NCBI RefSeq assembly: GCF_016127575.1
Contig: NZ_CP066019.1
Location: 1,950,001-1,982,000, forward strand
Source of the DNA: Cupriavidus necator
Lineage (GTDB): Bacteria; Pseudomonadota; Gammaproteobacteria; Burkholderiales; Burkholderiaceae
Direction: 5' to 3'
DNA length: 32,000 bases
In this document: positions 23,927 through 32,000 of the stretch, piece after piece
How positions within the stretch are numbered: position 1 is the first letter of the stretch
Layout: each line of letters opens with the position of its first letter
Notes under the pieces: generated by a model
Databases searched by the model: none
What the model saw: only the letters and a program-made list of their open reading frames with translations
What the model was told of the DNA's origin: nothing
Program-made: the position numbers and the translations under genes

Positions 23927-24867
23927 GCACCGATCTTGACGTGGTCACGCTGGGCGAGGCGATGCTGATGCTGGTCGCCGGCGAAGCCGGGCCGCTCGAA
24001 GGCGCGCAGACCTTCCACAAGCGCACCGCCGGTGCCGAGACCAATGTGGCCATCGGCCTGTCGCGCCTGGGCCTGAAGGTTGGCTGGGCCAGCCGGCTGG
24101 GCGACGACTCGATGGCCCGCTACCTGCTCGGCGAAATGCAGCGCGAAGGCGTGGATTGCAGCCAGGTGGTGTGCGAGCCCGGTGAGCGCACCGGTTTCCA
24201 GTTCAAGGGCCGGGTCGACGACGGCAGCGATCCCCCCGTCGAATACCACCGCCGCGGCTCGGCGGCGAGCCGCATGAACCCGGAGCACCTGGACGGCAGG
24301 TGGCTGCGGCGCTCGCGGCACCTGCACGTCACCGGCGTGTTCCCCGCGCTGGCCGCAGGCACGCAGGCCGCCACGCGCCAGGCCATCGCCACCATGCAGG
24401 CCGCCGGCCGCACGATCTCATTCGATCCCAACCTGCGGCCCACGCTGTGGGCCTCGCCCGAGTTGATGCGGGAGACGCTGAACGACCTGGCGCAGCAGTG
24501 CGACTGGGTGCTGCCCGGCATCGAAGAGGGCCGCTTCCTCACCGGCCACGCCGAGCCGGAACGCATTGCCGCCTTCTACCGTGCCCGCGGCGCCAGGCTG
24601 GTGGTGGTGAAGCTGGGCGCCGACGGCGCCTACTTCGATGGCGAGGCCGGCACCGGCCATGTCGAGGCATTCAGCGTCGAGCATGTTGTCGATACCGTTG
24701 GCGCCGGCGATGGCTTTGCCGTCGGCGTGATCAGCGCGCTGCTGGAGGGCCGGCCAGTGCGCGACGCCGTCCGGCGCGGCGCCTGGATCGGCGCCCGCGC
24801 GGTGCAGGTGCGCGGCGATACCGAAGGCCTGCCGACCCATGCCCAGCTGGCGGCCGCCAGTTTGTGA
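23923..24867 (+). CDS. kguK: PfkB-family sugar-acid kinase (2-ketogluconate kinase KguK / KdgK-like)
   Basis: MSTDLDVVTLGEAMLMLV...GAETNVAIGLSRLG at the N-terminus and the C-terminal DTVGAGDGF motif of PfkB kinases. Confidence 0.8.
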   Translation: MSTDLDVVTLGEAMLMLVAGEAGPLEGAQTFHKRTAGAETNVAIGLSRLGLKVGWASRLGDDSMARYLLGEMQREGVDCSQVVCEPGERTGFQFKGRVDDGSDPPVEYHRRGSAASRMNPEHLDGRWLRRSRHLHVTGVFPALAAGTQAATRQAIATMQAAGRTISFDPNLRPTLWASPELMRETLNDLAQQCDWVLPGIEEGRFLTGHAEPERIAAFYRARGARLVVVKLGADGAYFDGEAGTGHVEAFSVEHVVDTVGAGDGFAVGVISALLEGRPVRDAVRRGAWIGARAVQVRGDTEGLPTHAQLAAASL

Positions 24868-24887
24868 AGCCACTGCAAGGATTACCC

Positions 24888-25877
24888 ATGCGCAAGAATG
24901 TCCTGGTGTTCCGCCCGATTCCTGATGACCTGCTCGCCAGGATCGAATCGGAGCACGATGTGATCGTGGCCGACCCGCGCCAGCCGGCACAACTGCCTGC
25001 CTTCCGCGCCGCGCTGGCAAACGCCCATGGCCTGATCGGCTCCAGCGTGAAGCTGGGCGCAGCGGAACTGGCCGAAGCGGGCCAGTTGGAGGTGATCTCG
25101 AGTATTTCGGTCGGAGTCGACAACTACGACCTTCCCTGCCTGCACCGGCGCGGCATCACCCTGTGCCACACGCCCGGCGTACTCACCGAGACCACCGCCG
25201 ACACTGTCTTCGCGCTCATCATGGCCACGAGCCGCCGCCTGGTCGAGCTTGCGGCGCATGTGCGCGAAGGCCGCTGGGCCGCCAACATCGGCGAGGGCCT
25301 GTTCGGCTGGGACGTGCACGGCAAGACCCTGGCGATCCTGGGCTTCGGACGCATCGGCCAGGCCGTGGCGCGACGCGCGGCGCTCGGCTTCGGCATGGAG
25401 GTGCTCTACGTCAACGAGACCGCGGCGGAACCGCGTGACCTGGTGGGACGCGCCACCCGGACGGATCTCGACGATGCCTTGCAGCGAGCCGATATCGTCG
25501 CCGTCACGCTGCCCCTGACCGACAGCACGCGTGGCCTGATGGGCCTGCGCGAGTTCGCGCTGATGAAGCCGGGCGCCATCTTCGTCAACGGCGCCCGCGG
25601 CCAGATCGTGCAGGAAGACGCGCTGCTCGCGGCGCTCGACAGCGGCCACCTGCGCGCGGCCGGGCTGGACGTCTTCGCCACCGAGCCACTGCCGCAGGAT
25701 TCACCGCTGCGCAGCCATCCCAGGGTGACAGCCCTGCCCCATATCGGCTCGGCCACGCATGAGACCCGGCGCGCCATGGCCGAACTCGCCACGCGCAACC
25801 TGCTGGACGCGCTCGCCGGGCGGCAGCCCGCCGCGCGCTTCGACCTCGCGGCCTTTGCCGCCCGGGCAGCCGCCTGA
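24888..25877 (+). CDS. kguD: D-isomer-specific 2-hydroxyacid dehydrogenase (2-keto-6-phosphogluconate reductase KguD / TkrA-like)
   Basis: Distal part of track ORF 24300..25877. ATG 24888 with an AAGGA SD. Motifs GFGRIGQAVARR (NAD site), NGARG, HIGSAT. Confidence 0.8.
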   Translation: MRKNVLVFRPIPDDLLARIESEHDVIVADPRQPAQLPAFRAALANAHGLIGSSVKLGAAELAEAGQLEVISSISVGVDNYDLPCLHRRGITLCHTPGVLTETTADTVFALIMATSRRLVELAAHVREGRWAANIGEGLFGWDVHGKTLAILGFGRIGQAVARRAALGFGMEVLYVNETAAEPRDLVGRATRTDLDDALQRADIVAVTLPLTDSTRGLMGLREFALMKPGAIFVNGARGQIVQEDALLAALDSGHLRAAGLDVFATEPLPQDSPLRSHPRVTALPHIGSATHETRRAMAELATRNLLDALAGRQPAARFDLAAFAARAAA

Positions 25878-25892
25878 TACGGACACGCTGCC

Positions 25893-26855
25893 TCACTTCC
25901 GCAGGTTGGTCCTGGCCACCAGTACCTTCATCACCGCGTTGTCTGCCGCGATCATCGCCTTGAAGGTCGCCGCGTCGGCATAGGCAATCCCAAGGTTCTG
26001 CCGGCCCAGCGCCGCCACGAAGACAGGGTCCGCCACCGCCTTGCGGCTGGCGGCCGCGAGGGTTTCGAGCACTTCAGGTGGCGTGCCCCTGGGCGCGGCC
26101 AGTCCGCGCCATGTGCCGATCGAGAGGTCGATACCGCGCTCACGCAGCGTCGGAACGTTCTCGAAGCCCCTGACACGCTGCCCGGCCATCACCGCGAGCG
26201 TCTTCACCTTGCCTGCGGCCACATAGGCCGATACTTCGGCCGGACTGACGGCCACCGCGTCGATATGCCCGCCCATCAACGCCACCAGGGCCGGCGCCGC
26301 ACCGGAGAACGGCACATGATTGAATTTGACGTGCGCCTTGTCCTCCAGCGCCGTCGCCGCCAGGTGCCAGATCGAGCCCGGGCCGGAATTCCCGACCTGC
26401 ACCTCCCCCGGGTGCGCCGCGGCGAATGCCAGGAACGCCTCGATGGTGTTCCAGCGCGAGTCGGCCTTGACCGTGATCGCCGACGGATCGGCATTCAGGC
26501 GCGCGATCGGCACCAGCTCGGCGGCGTCGAGGGTGGTCGGCCCGAGATGCGGGACGATCACGGCTTCCGCGATGATGATGCCGAGCTTGTAGCCATCGGG
26601 CCTGGCGCGGGCCACTTCCGTCATGCCGATGGCGCCGCTGGCACCTGGCTTGTTCACCACGGTCAGCGGCTGCGGCAGGTACTTTCGCATGGCTTCGCTG
26701 AAGGCCCGCGCAACCGTGTCGGTACCACCGCCCGCCGTGCTTGGCACCACGAGTTCGACAGGATGATCCGGGTAGGGCGCCGCGGGCGCCTGGCCGACGA
26801 CGGCAAGTGAGGCCAGCAGGGCGGCCATGTGAAACAGCTTGCGGGGCGATCGCAT
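25893..26855 (-). CDS. Bug-family (TctC-like) substrate-binding protein
   Basis: 320-aa ORF. Signal peptide [25 protein letters not shown]. Bug hallmark [25 protein letters not shown]. Confidence 0.9.
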   Translation of the reverse strand: MRSPRKLFHMAALLASLAVVGQAPAAPYPDHPVELVVPSTAGGGTDTVARAFSEAMRKYLPQPLTVVNKPGASGAIGMTEVARARPDGYKLGIIIAEAVIVPHLGPTTLDAAELVPIARLNADPSAITVKADSRWNTIEAFLAFAAAHPGEVQVGNSGPGSIWHLAATALEDKAHVKFNHVPFSGAAPALVALMGGHIDAVAVSPAEVSAYVAAGKVKTLAVMAGQRVRGFENVPTLRERGIDLSIGTWRGLAAPRGTPPEVLETLAAASRKAVADPVFVAALGRQNLGIAYADAATFKAMIAADNAVMKVLVARTNLRK

Positions 26856-26929
26856 CTATGGCTCTCAATTCAGGGGGGGCGGAGAAGTTGATTCCGTTGG
26901 GGGAAGCCTCGGACACACGACGTGAAAGA

Positions 26930-27110
26930 CCATCGCATCCCGGATATGGGTTCTTGTCCGAGAGCGCGGATTTTGCCAAAGCCGTTGGAAGGGACGGGTT
27001 GGGCATCGGGCCTACCGCGGCTTCGATCCGGCGCATGGGCGACAAGGTCAGCGCCAAACGCGCCATGATCGAAGCCGGTGTCCCCGGCGTTCCGGGCTCC
27101 GAGGGCGCAC
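26930..27110 (+). pseudogene. Biotin carboxylase (biotin-dependent carboxylase alpha subunit) N-terminal fragment
   Basis: Within track ORF 26741..27223. [17 protein letters not shown]...[35 protein letters not shown] matches the conserved [10 protein letters not shown]...FIGP...MGDK..AK......GVP.VPG segment. About 60 of ~450 codons remain, with no N-terminus and no ATP-grasp remainder. Confidence 0.6.
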
Positions 27111-27281
27111 CGACAGATTCTACGCCAGCCCCCTGGCCGAAGAGACCTACTCGCTGCTCGACCGCACAGTCGAAGCCGGCGAGAGAGTGGGTGGCTTACC
27201 TCCGTGTCGGTTCAGTGCGGTGAACGCCGGAGAACGCGGCGTGCCAGGCGCGCAGCTTGCCGACAGCGGTACGCTGGTTCG

Positions 27282-27782
27282 CTAACGGGCTGACTCCTTC
27301 CTTGCCGCACGCGTTCTAGCGGCCTTGCGGGCCGCTTCGGAGCGACCGGCAGCTCCCTTGGTGCTGGCGGCCTTCTTCGCGGCAGCCGAGCGATCGGTCG
27401 CCGTGCGCTTGCTTGCCGCGCTCTTGGCCTGGGCAGACAGCGCCTTGGGAGAAGCACCGGCGGTGCTCTCGCGCTTGAGTGCCTTGAGCGCGGCCTGGGA
27501 CCGCTTGGCCGTGCTTTCTGAACTCGCCCGTCGCGGTGCAGCCTTGGCGGCAGCAGCCTTGGTTTCCGCCTTGGTCGCGCCCTTCTTTGGCGGCACATCG
27601 ACGCCAGCGCGGCGTGCCTCCGACAAACCGATCGCTATGGCCTGCTTGGCCGAGCGCACGCCGTGCTTACCCTTTCGCACGGCTTCGATCTCGTCGTGAA
27701 CGAAATGGCCGGCCTGGGTGGTCGGCGACTTGCCTGCTCTCTTGTCTGCCCTGGCTTTGGCTATGCTCGATGCCCTTGGCAT
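27282..27782 (-). CDS. DUF6496-like small protein with Lys/Ala/Ser-rich histone-H1-like C-terminal tail
   Basis: Distal 166 codons of track ORF 27282..28637. ATG 27782 with a GGAGA SD 5 nt upstream. N-terminal domain GKSPTTQAGHFVHDEIEAVRKGKHGVRSAKQAIAIGLSEARRAGVDVPPKK, then about 100 aa of KAAxK/AAKKA low complexity. Confidence 0.8.
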   Translation of the reverse strand: MPRASSIAKARADKRAGKSPTTQAGHFVHDEIEAVRKGKHGVRSAKQAIAIGLSEARRAGVDVPPKKGATKAETKAAAAKAAPRRASSESTAKRSQAALKALKRESTAGASPKALSAQAKSAASKRTATDRSAAAKKAASTKGAAGRSEAARKAARTRAARKESAR

Positions 27783-28006
27783 GGTCGTCTCCATGACGGC
27801 CGCGGTCATCCGGCACGGGCCATGGCAGATGCAATGTCCGCGGCGCTGTTCAGGGCCCGCCATCTGCCGGCGGGTTAAAAAAATCCCTCGCAAATGTCGT
27901 TCCAGGCGTGCAACTGGCGCGCCACTGCCACTCATAGAGGCGACGGTTGTACTGCCGCGTGCGAAATCTGCACACCTTGGGCCAAATCTACCCTGCGAGA
28001 CGCGGT

Positions 28007-28909
28007 CTACACCAGGCAACGCGGCGCCTGGAATTCGATCACGTCCTTGATGACATCGCGCATCTCCGTGATCAGCAGGCGCGCGTCGTCGCGACGCCAT
28101 TGCACGACATAGTGCAGCGGTTCCAGCGCGCCGCCCTTCTTCAGTATCTGCAACACCCCGCGCGCTTCCAGCGCTTCGGCCCACTGCCTTGGCATGAAGG
28201 CGAAACCCAGCCCCTCCGCCACCATGCCGACCACAGCGCCCCAGCTGTTGCACACCAGGCGACGGTTGACCGCCATGCCACGGGTGGCCAGCCACTGGTC
28301 GAGCACCCGGGTGCCGCCCGCGCCGACCGGCAGGGACAGCAGCAATTGCTCCGCCATCAGCCGCCGGGGATCGTCGGTGCCGGTCTGGTCGATAAAAGAC
28401 TCGCTCGCGACCCAGACAAAGTCGACCTGCGCGATCCGCTCCGACGCGAGGCTGCTGCGCGATGACGGCCCGGCGATCACCGCGAGGTCGAGTTCGCCAT
28501 CTTCCAGGCGCTGCTCCAGCACCTGACCGATATCGACGTAGGGCTCGAGCTGAAGCTCGGGGTGCCGGATGGCCGTCTGCCGTACCAGCCGGGGCAGCCA
28601 GGTCAGGCCGCTCAGTTCGCCCAGGCCCACGCGGCAACGGCCTTGCAGGCCACGGCTCTGCCCCGCTGACTGCTGCAACTCGGCCGCGACCCGCAGCAAT
28701 TCGCGGATGCGCGGCAGCATCTGCTCGCCCTGCGCCGTCAGTTCGGCGCGGCGGCCGCTTCGGTCGAACAGCTGCACGCCGAGGGAGGTTTCAAGCTCGG
28801 CCACCCGCTTGGACAGCGAAGACACGGACAGATGGCAGCGGTCGGCGGCTACCGAGAAGTTGAGGCAGGTCGCGGCCCAGTAGAAGGCTTCCAGTTGCTT
28901 GAGGGTCAT
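28007..28909 (-). CDS. LysR-family transcriptional regulator
   Basis: MTLKQLEAFYWAATCLNFSVAADRCHLSVSSLSKRVAELETSLGVQLFDR. Divergent from the operon starting at 29041. Confidence 0.9.
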   Translation of the reverse strand: MTLKQLEAFYWAATCLNFSVAADRCHLSVSSLSKRVAELETSLGVQLFDRSGRRAELTAQGEQMLPRIRELLRVAAELQQSAGQSRGLQGRCRVGLGELSGLTWLPRLVRQTAIRHPELQLEPYVDIGQVLEQRLEDGELDLAVIAGPSSRSSLASERIAQVDFVWVASESFIDQTGTDDPRRLMAEQLLLSLPVGAGGTRVLDQWLATRGMAVNRRLVCNSWGAVVGMVAEGLGFAFMPRQWAEALEARGVLQILKKGGALEPLHYVVQWRRDDARLLITEMRDVIKDVIEFQAPRCLV

Positions 28910-28944
28910 GGGATCCGCGCCGCGGGCGGCGATTATTAGTTTCC

Positions 28945-28982
28945 TAAAAGCGAAATTATAGCTTCGTTATTTTTCGCTTTTA
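28945..28982. promoter_or_regulatory. 11-bp perfect inverted repeat TAAAAGCGAAA-N16-TTTCGCTTTTA in an AT-rich divergent promoter region
   Basis: Arms at 28945-28955 and 28972-28982, inside the only markedly AT-rich stretch of the window (about 28930-28990). The spacer contains TTATAG. Lies between the LysR gene and its divergent operon. Confidence 0.5.
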
Positions 28983-29040
28983 TCGATTCCCTGCGGTTGC
29001 TAGATTGAAGCCTCGTCGTCGCCTTGGCCCCCTATCGATC

Positions 29041-30342
29041 ATGTCAGCTCTTCATGCCCCTGCTGCAGAAAACGCCGCTGACCGCGCCACAGATGCCGTC
29101 GGCACCGCTTCCGCGCCGCGCGTGACGACTGCAAGCGCAAGCGGCGCAGGTACCTTGCGCCGCCAAGTGCTTTCGCTGAACGACCTTGAACCGCTCGCCC
29201 GCCGCCGCCTGCCCCGGCCGCTGTACGCCTACGTCAGCGGTGCGGTGGAGGACAGCGTCTCGCTGGCGGAGAATCGCCGCGCCTTCACCGAGATCGCGTT
29301 GCGGCCACGCGTGCTTGCCGGCGTGGCCACGCGCGAACTGGACTTCGAGCTGTTCGGCAGGCGCTATGCCGCCCCCTTCGGCGTTGCACCCATGGGCATC
29401 GCCGCGTTGTTCGCTTACCGCGGCGATATCGTGCTCGCGCAGGCCGCGCAGCAGGCCGCGGTGCCGGCGATCATGAGCGGTTCATCGCTGATCCGGCTGG
29501 AAGAAGTGATGGCAGCCGCGCCCGGCACCTGGTTCCAGGCCTACCTGCCCGGCGACGTGGCGCAGATCGACGGGCTGTTGTCGCGCGTCGAGGCGGCAGG
29601 CGTATCGACGCTGGTGATCACCGTCGATACGCCCGTTGCGGGCAATCGCGAGAACAACGTGCGCGCCGGCTTCTCGACACCGCTGCGGCCAAGCCTGCGC
29701 TTGGCATGGCAAGGCATCACGCATCCGCGCTGGCTGCTCGGCACTTTTGCGCGCACGCTGCTGCGGCACGGCATGCCGCACTTCGAGAACGCCTATGCGC
29801 ACCGCGGCGCGCCTATCCTGTCATCGCGCGTGCTGCGCGACTTCTCCGACCGCGCGCATTTCACCTGGACGCACCTTGAAGCCATCCGCCGGCGCTGGCA
29901 AGGCACGCTGGTGGTCAAGGGCATCCTGACCGCGGAAGACGCCTTGCTGGCGCGTCGGCACGGTGTGGACGGGGTCATCGTTTCGAACCACGGCGGCCGG
30001 CAACTCGACGGCGCCATCGCGCCGCTGCGCGTCCTGCCTGAGATCGTGCACGCCGTGCCCGACCTGCCGGTGATGCTCGACAGCGGCGTATGCCGCGGCA
30101 CCGACGTAATCAAGGCGCTCGCGCTCGGCGCGCGTTGCGTCTTTGTCGGCCGGCCGTTCGCCTATGCGGCGACGGTCGGGTCCACCCCCGGCGTGGCGCA
30201 CGCCATCGACTTGTTGCAGGCCGAGATCTCGCGCGATATGGCAATGCTCGGCCTGACCCGGCTGGCAGACATCGGCCCTGCCTGCATCCGGCCTGCCGCT
30301 TCACTACCCCACATGCCCCCTCACCCGGAGACTTATCGATGA
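29041..30342 (+). CDS. FMN-dependent alpha-hydroxy acid dehydrogenase (LldD / mandelate dehydrogenase family)
   Basis: Track ORF 29005..30342 (TTG). The first ATG is at 29041. The conserved core starts LSLNDLEPLARRRLPRPLYAYVSGAVED and includes IVSNHGGRQLD and DSGVCRGTDVIKALALGA. The ~45-aa Ala/Thr-rich N-terminus may not be translated, because in-frame TTG 29155 and GTG 29167 are alternative starts. Confidence 0.85.
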   Translation: MSALHAPAAENAADRATDAVGTASAPRVTTASASGAGTLRRQVLSLNDLEPLARRRLPRPLYAYVSGAVEDSVSLAENRRAFTEIALRPRVLAGVATRELDFELFGRRYAAPFGVAPMGIAALFAYRGDIVLAQAAQQAAVPAIMSGSSLIRLEEVMAAAPGTWFQAYLPGDVAQIDGLLSRVEAAGVSTLVITVDTPVAGNRENNVRAGFSTPLRPSLRLAWQGITHPRWLLGTFARTLLRHGMPHFENAYAHRGAPILSSRVLRDFSDRAHFTWTHLEAIRRRWQGTLVVKGILTAEDALLARRHGVDGVIVSNHGGRQLDGAIAPLRVLPEIVHAVPDLPVMLDSGVCRGTDVIKALALGARCVFVGRPFAYAATVGSTPGVAHAIDLLQAEISRDMAMLGLTRLADIGPACIRPAASLPHMPPHPETYR

Positions 30343-31019
30343 GCACGCTTCACGGCTTTCGCATCCACCCCAAGCCGGCGCCGACTGCCAGCAACGCGCT
30401 GCTGGAACGCTACCGCAGCTTCCCGGTGGCCAATGTCAGCGACGCAATGTGCCGCACCGTCGGCACCACGCGGCTGCGGCCCTATCACCGGCGCGATGGC
30501 GTCATGGCCGGCCGCGCCCTCACCGTGCGCACGCGCCCGGGCGACAACCTGATGGTGCACAAGGCCCTCGACCTCTGCGGACCCGGCGATGTGATCGTCG
30601 TCGATGCCGGCGGCGCCGGTCCCAATGCCATCATCGGCGAGATCATGCTGGCGCTGGCGATCGCGCGCGGCGCAGCGGGCTTCGTCATCGACGGCCTGAT
30701 CCGCGACAGCGATACGATCGGCAAGGAGACGTTGCCCGTGTATGCGCGCGGGGTCTCGCACCGCGGTCCTTACAAGGACGGTCCCGGCGAATTGCATGTG
30801 CCCGTCTGCATCGACGGCATGGTGGTGCGCCCCGGCGACCTGGTGCTGGGCGATGGCGACGGCCTGCTGGTCGTTGCGGCCGAGGATGCCGAGGAAATCG
30901 CCGCGCGCGTGGAGAACGTACAACGCACCGAAGCAGCGGTGCTCGAGTCGATCGCGCAAGGCCGCGCCGATCGGAGCTGGGTCGAGCGCACGCTGCGCGA
31001 AAAGGGGGTGGTCGTATGA
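30339..31019 (+). CDS. RraA-family protein (HMG/CHA aldolase / oxaloacetate decarboxylase-like)
   Basis: Distal part of track ORF 30090..31019. ATG 30339 overlaps the preceding stop (ATGA), with GGAGA SD. Motifs: NVSDAM, GDVIVVDAGG, AIIGEIMLALAIARGAAGFVIDGLIRD. Confidence 0.85.
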   Translation: MSTLHGFRIHPKPAPTASNALLERYRSFPVANVSDAMCRTVGTTRLRPYHRRDGVMAGRALTVRTRPGDNLMVHKALDLCGPGDVIVVDAGGAGPNAIIGEIMLALAIARGAAGFVIDGLIRDSDTIGKETLPVYARGVSHRGPYKDGPGELHVPVCIDGMVVRPGDLVLGDGDGLLVVAAEDAEEIAARVENVQRTEAAVLESIAQGRADRSWVERTLREKGVVV

Positions 31020-32000
31020 ACGCGCCCGTCCTGCTGATGCCTGCCGCCGGCACGGTGGTCCGTTTCGACCACTGGCTGGACGCAGCCTTTGACCGCATCA
31101 TTACGGCCACGCCAGGCCTGACGCTGCACACCTGCGCCCGCGAAGGCGCCGACGCGGCCGCCTGGGACCGGCTGTCCGGCGCCCATGTCTACCAGATCTC
31201 GGCCGCCAAGGACGAGATCCCGCGCCGCTGGTTCGCCGACGCCGCGCTGCTGGCGCGCTGCCCGAACCTGCTGGCGGTGTCGTCCAGCGGCTCCGGCTGC
31301 GACACCATCGACATCGATGCCTGCACCGAGGCCGGCGTCGCGGTGCTCAACCAGGCCGGCGGCAACGCCGACTCGGTGGCGGAGATGACGCTGGGCCTGA
31401 TGCTCGCGGTACTGCGCCGCATCGCCGAATCCGACCGCAGCCTGCGCGCGCACAACTGCGAGAGCCGTGAGGACCTGATGGGCCACGAACTGCGCGGCCG
31501 CACGCTCGGCCTGGTCGGCGTGGGCCACGCGGGCCGCCGCGTCGCCGCACTCGGCCGCGCCTTGGGCATGCGCGTGATCGGGTGCGACCCGGCGCTGGAT
31601 GCGGCGGAGCTGTCCGCACGCGGCGCACAGGCCGTGTCCTTCGAGGAATTGCTGCGCAGTGCCGACATCGTCTCGCTGCATTGCCCGCGCGATGCCACCA
31701 CGCTGCGCATGATGGATGGCGCCGCCTTTGCCGCGATGCGGCCGGGCAGCATCTTCGTCAGCACCGCGCGCGGCGGCATCCACGATGAGGGCGCGCTGCA
31801 TGCGGCGCTGGCCAGCGGCCATCTTGCCGGCGCCGGTCTGGACGTGTGGGACCAGGAGCCGCCACCACGCGCCCACCCCTTGCTCGCGCTGGACAACGTC
31901 GTCGCCACCTTCCACACCGCTGGCGTTACTCACGAGGCACGGCGCAGGAACGCCGAACTGGCCGCCACTCAAATCGTCACGCTGCTGACCAGTGGCGAGC
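31016..32000 (+). CDS. D-isomer-specific 2-hydroxyacid dehydrogenase (PGDH-like), 3' end beyond window
   Basis: Not in the ORF track (no stop in the window). ATG 31016 overlaps the preceding stop (ATGA). Starts MNAPVLLMPAAG. Motifs GLVGVGHAGRRVA (NAD site), STARGG, FHTAGVT. Confidence 0.85.
   Translation, partial: MNAPVLLMPAAGTVVRFDHWLDAAFDRIITATPGLTLHTCAREGADAAAWDRLSGAHVYQISAAKDEIPRRWFADAALLARCPNLLAVSSSGSGCDTIDIDACTEAGVAVLNQAGGNADSVAEMTLGLMLAVLRRIAESDRSLRAHNCESREDLMGHELRGRTLGLVGVGHAGRRVAALGRALGMRVIGCDPALDAAELSARGAQAVSFEELLRSADIVSLHCPRDATTLRMMDGAAFAAMRPGSIFVSTARGGIHDEGALHAALASGHLAGAGLDVWDQEPPPRAHPLLALDNVVATFHTAGVTHEARRRNAELAATQIVTLLTSGE

Noticed and set aside
27871-27890. A/T7 run (GGGTTAAAAAAATCCC), considered as an intrinsic terminator for the LysR gene
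   Set aside because: No convincing GC stem precedes the T-run on the minus strand. It is more likely part of the promoter or UP region of the DUF6496-like gene.
27783-28637. Proximal part of the 451-aa ORF 27282..28637
   Set aside because: It overlaps the LysR gene (28007-28909) out of frame. Only the last 166 codons, after a GGAGA SD, look like a real protein.
30770-31972. 400-aa minus-strand ORF
   Set aside because: It is antisense to the RraA-like gene and the 2-hydroxyacid dehydrogenase gene, both of which have clear motifs and translational coupling.
1-32000. Search for mobile elements, CRISPR arrays, tRNA/rRNA genes, and toxin-antitoxin or defence-system genes
   Set aside because: No transposase, integrase or recombinase-like ORF was seen, nor terminal inverted repeats, regularly spaced direct repeats, or RNA-gene-like conserved segments. 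All sizeable ORFs with motifs are metabolic, transport or regulatory.

Overview
This is a high-GC (roughly two-thirds G+C by eye) accessory-metabolism region of Burkholderiales type. A Cupriavidus/Ralstonia-like origin is inferred from two Bug/TctC-family binding proteins, a porin ending in RHFF, and many long antisense 'shadow' ORFs. I support about 36 protein-coding genes, two decayed gene-remnant patches and several regulatory sites. I saw no rRNA, tRNA, CRISPR array, transposase or integrase.

Layout, in order:
- OmpR/EnvZ-like two-component pair (1-1992).
- Regulator/oxidoreductase pairs: SDR-LysR, RidA, GlxA-SDR.
- A small secreted tandem-repeat protein (6911-7219).
- A minus-strand eight-gene cluster (14648 down to 7241): intradiol dioxygenase, SDR, BKACE, MDR reductase, cupin, porin, Bug protein and LacI regulator. 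It carries TGCAAACGTTTGCA-type operators.
- A second copy of the small repeat protein, followed by ohr and a DUF1097-like membrane protein (15063-16402).
- A mosaic of Ohr and AraC/GlxA gene fragments (16481-16987).
- An AraC-SDR pair.
- A PtxS-like LacI regulator with a 2-ketogluconate (kguE-kguK-kguD) operon. It is controlled by three TGAAACCGGTTTCA palindromes and has a polar-amino-acid-type ABC importer where Pseudomonas has KguT.
- A second Bug protein, a biotin-carboxylase remnant, and a DUF6496-like protein with a Lys/Ala-rich tail.
- A LysR-controlled operon: FMN hydroxy-acid dehydrogenase, RraA-like aldolase and a 2-hydroxyacid dehydrogenase.

Most interesting candidates:
- The duplicated secreted DP[FY]x[DE]GAR-repeat proteins, which share a conserved non-coding leader with TGTATC repeats.
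- The dioxygenase-BKACE cluster, which may be a non-canonical route through 3-oxoadipate.
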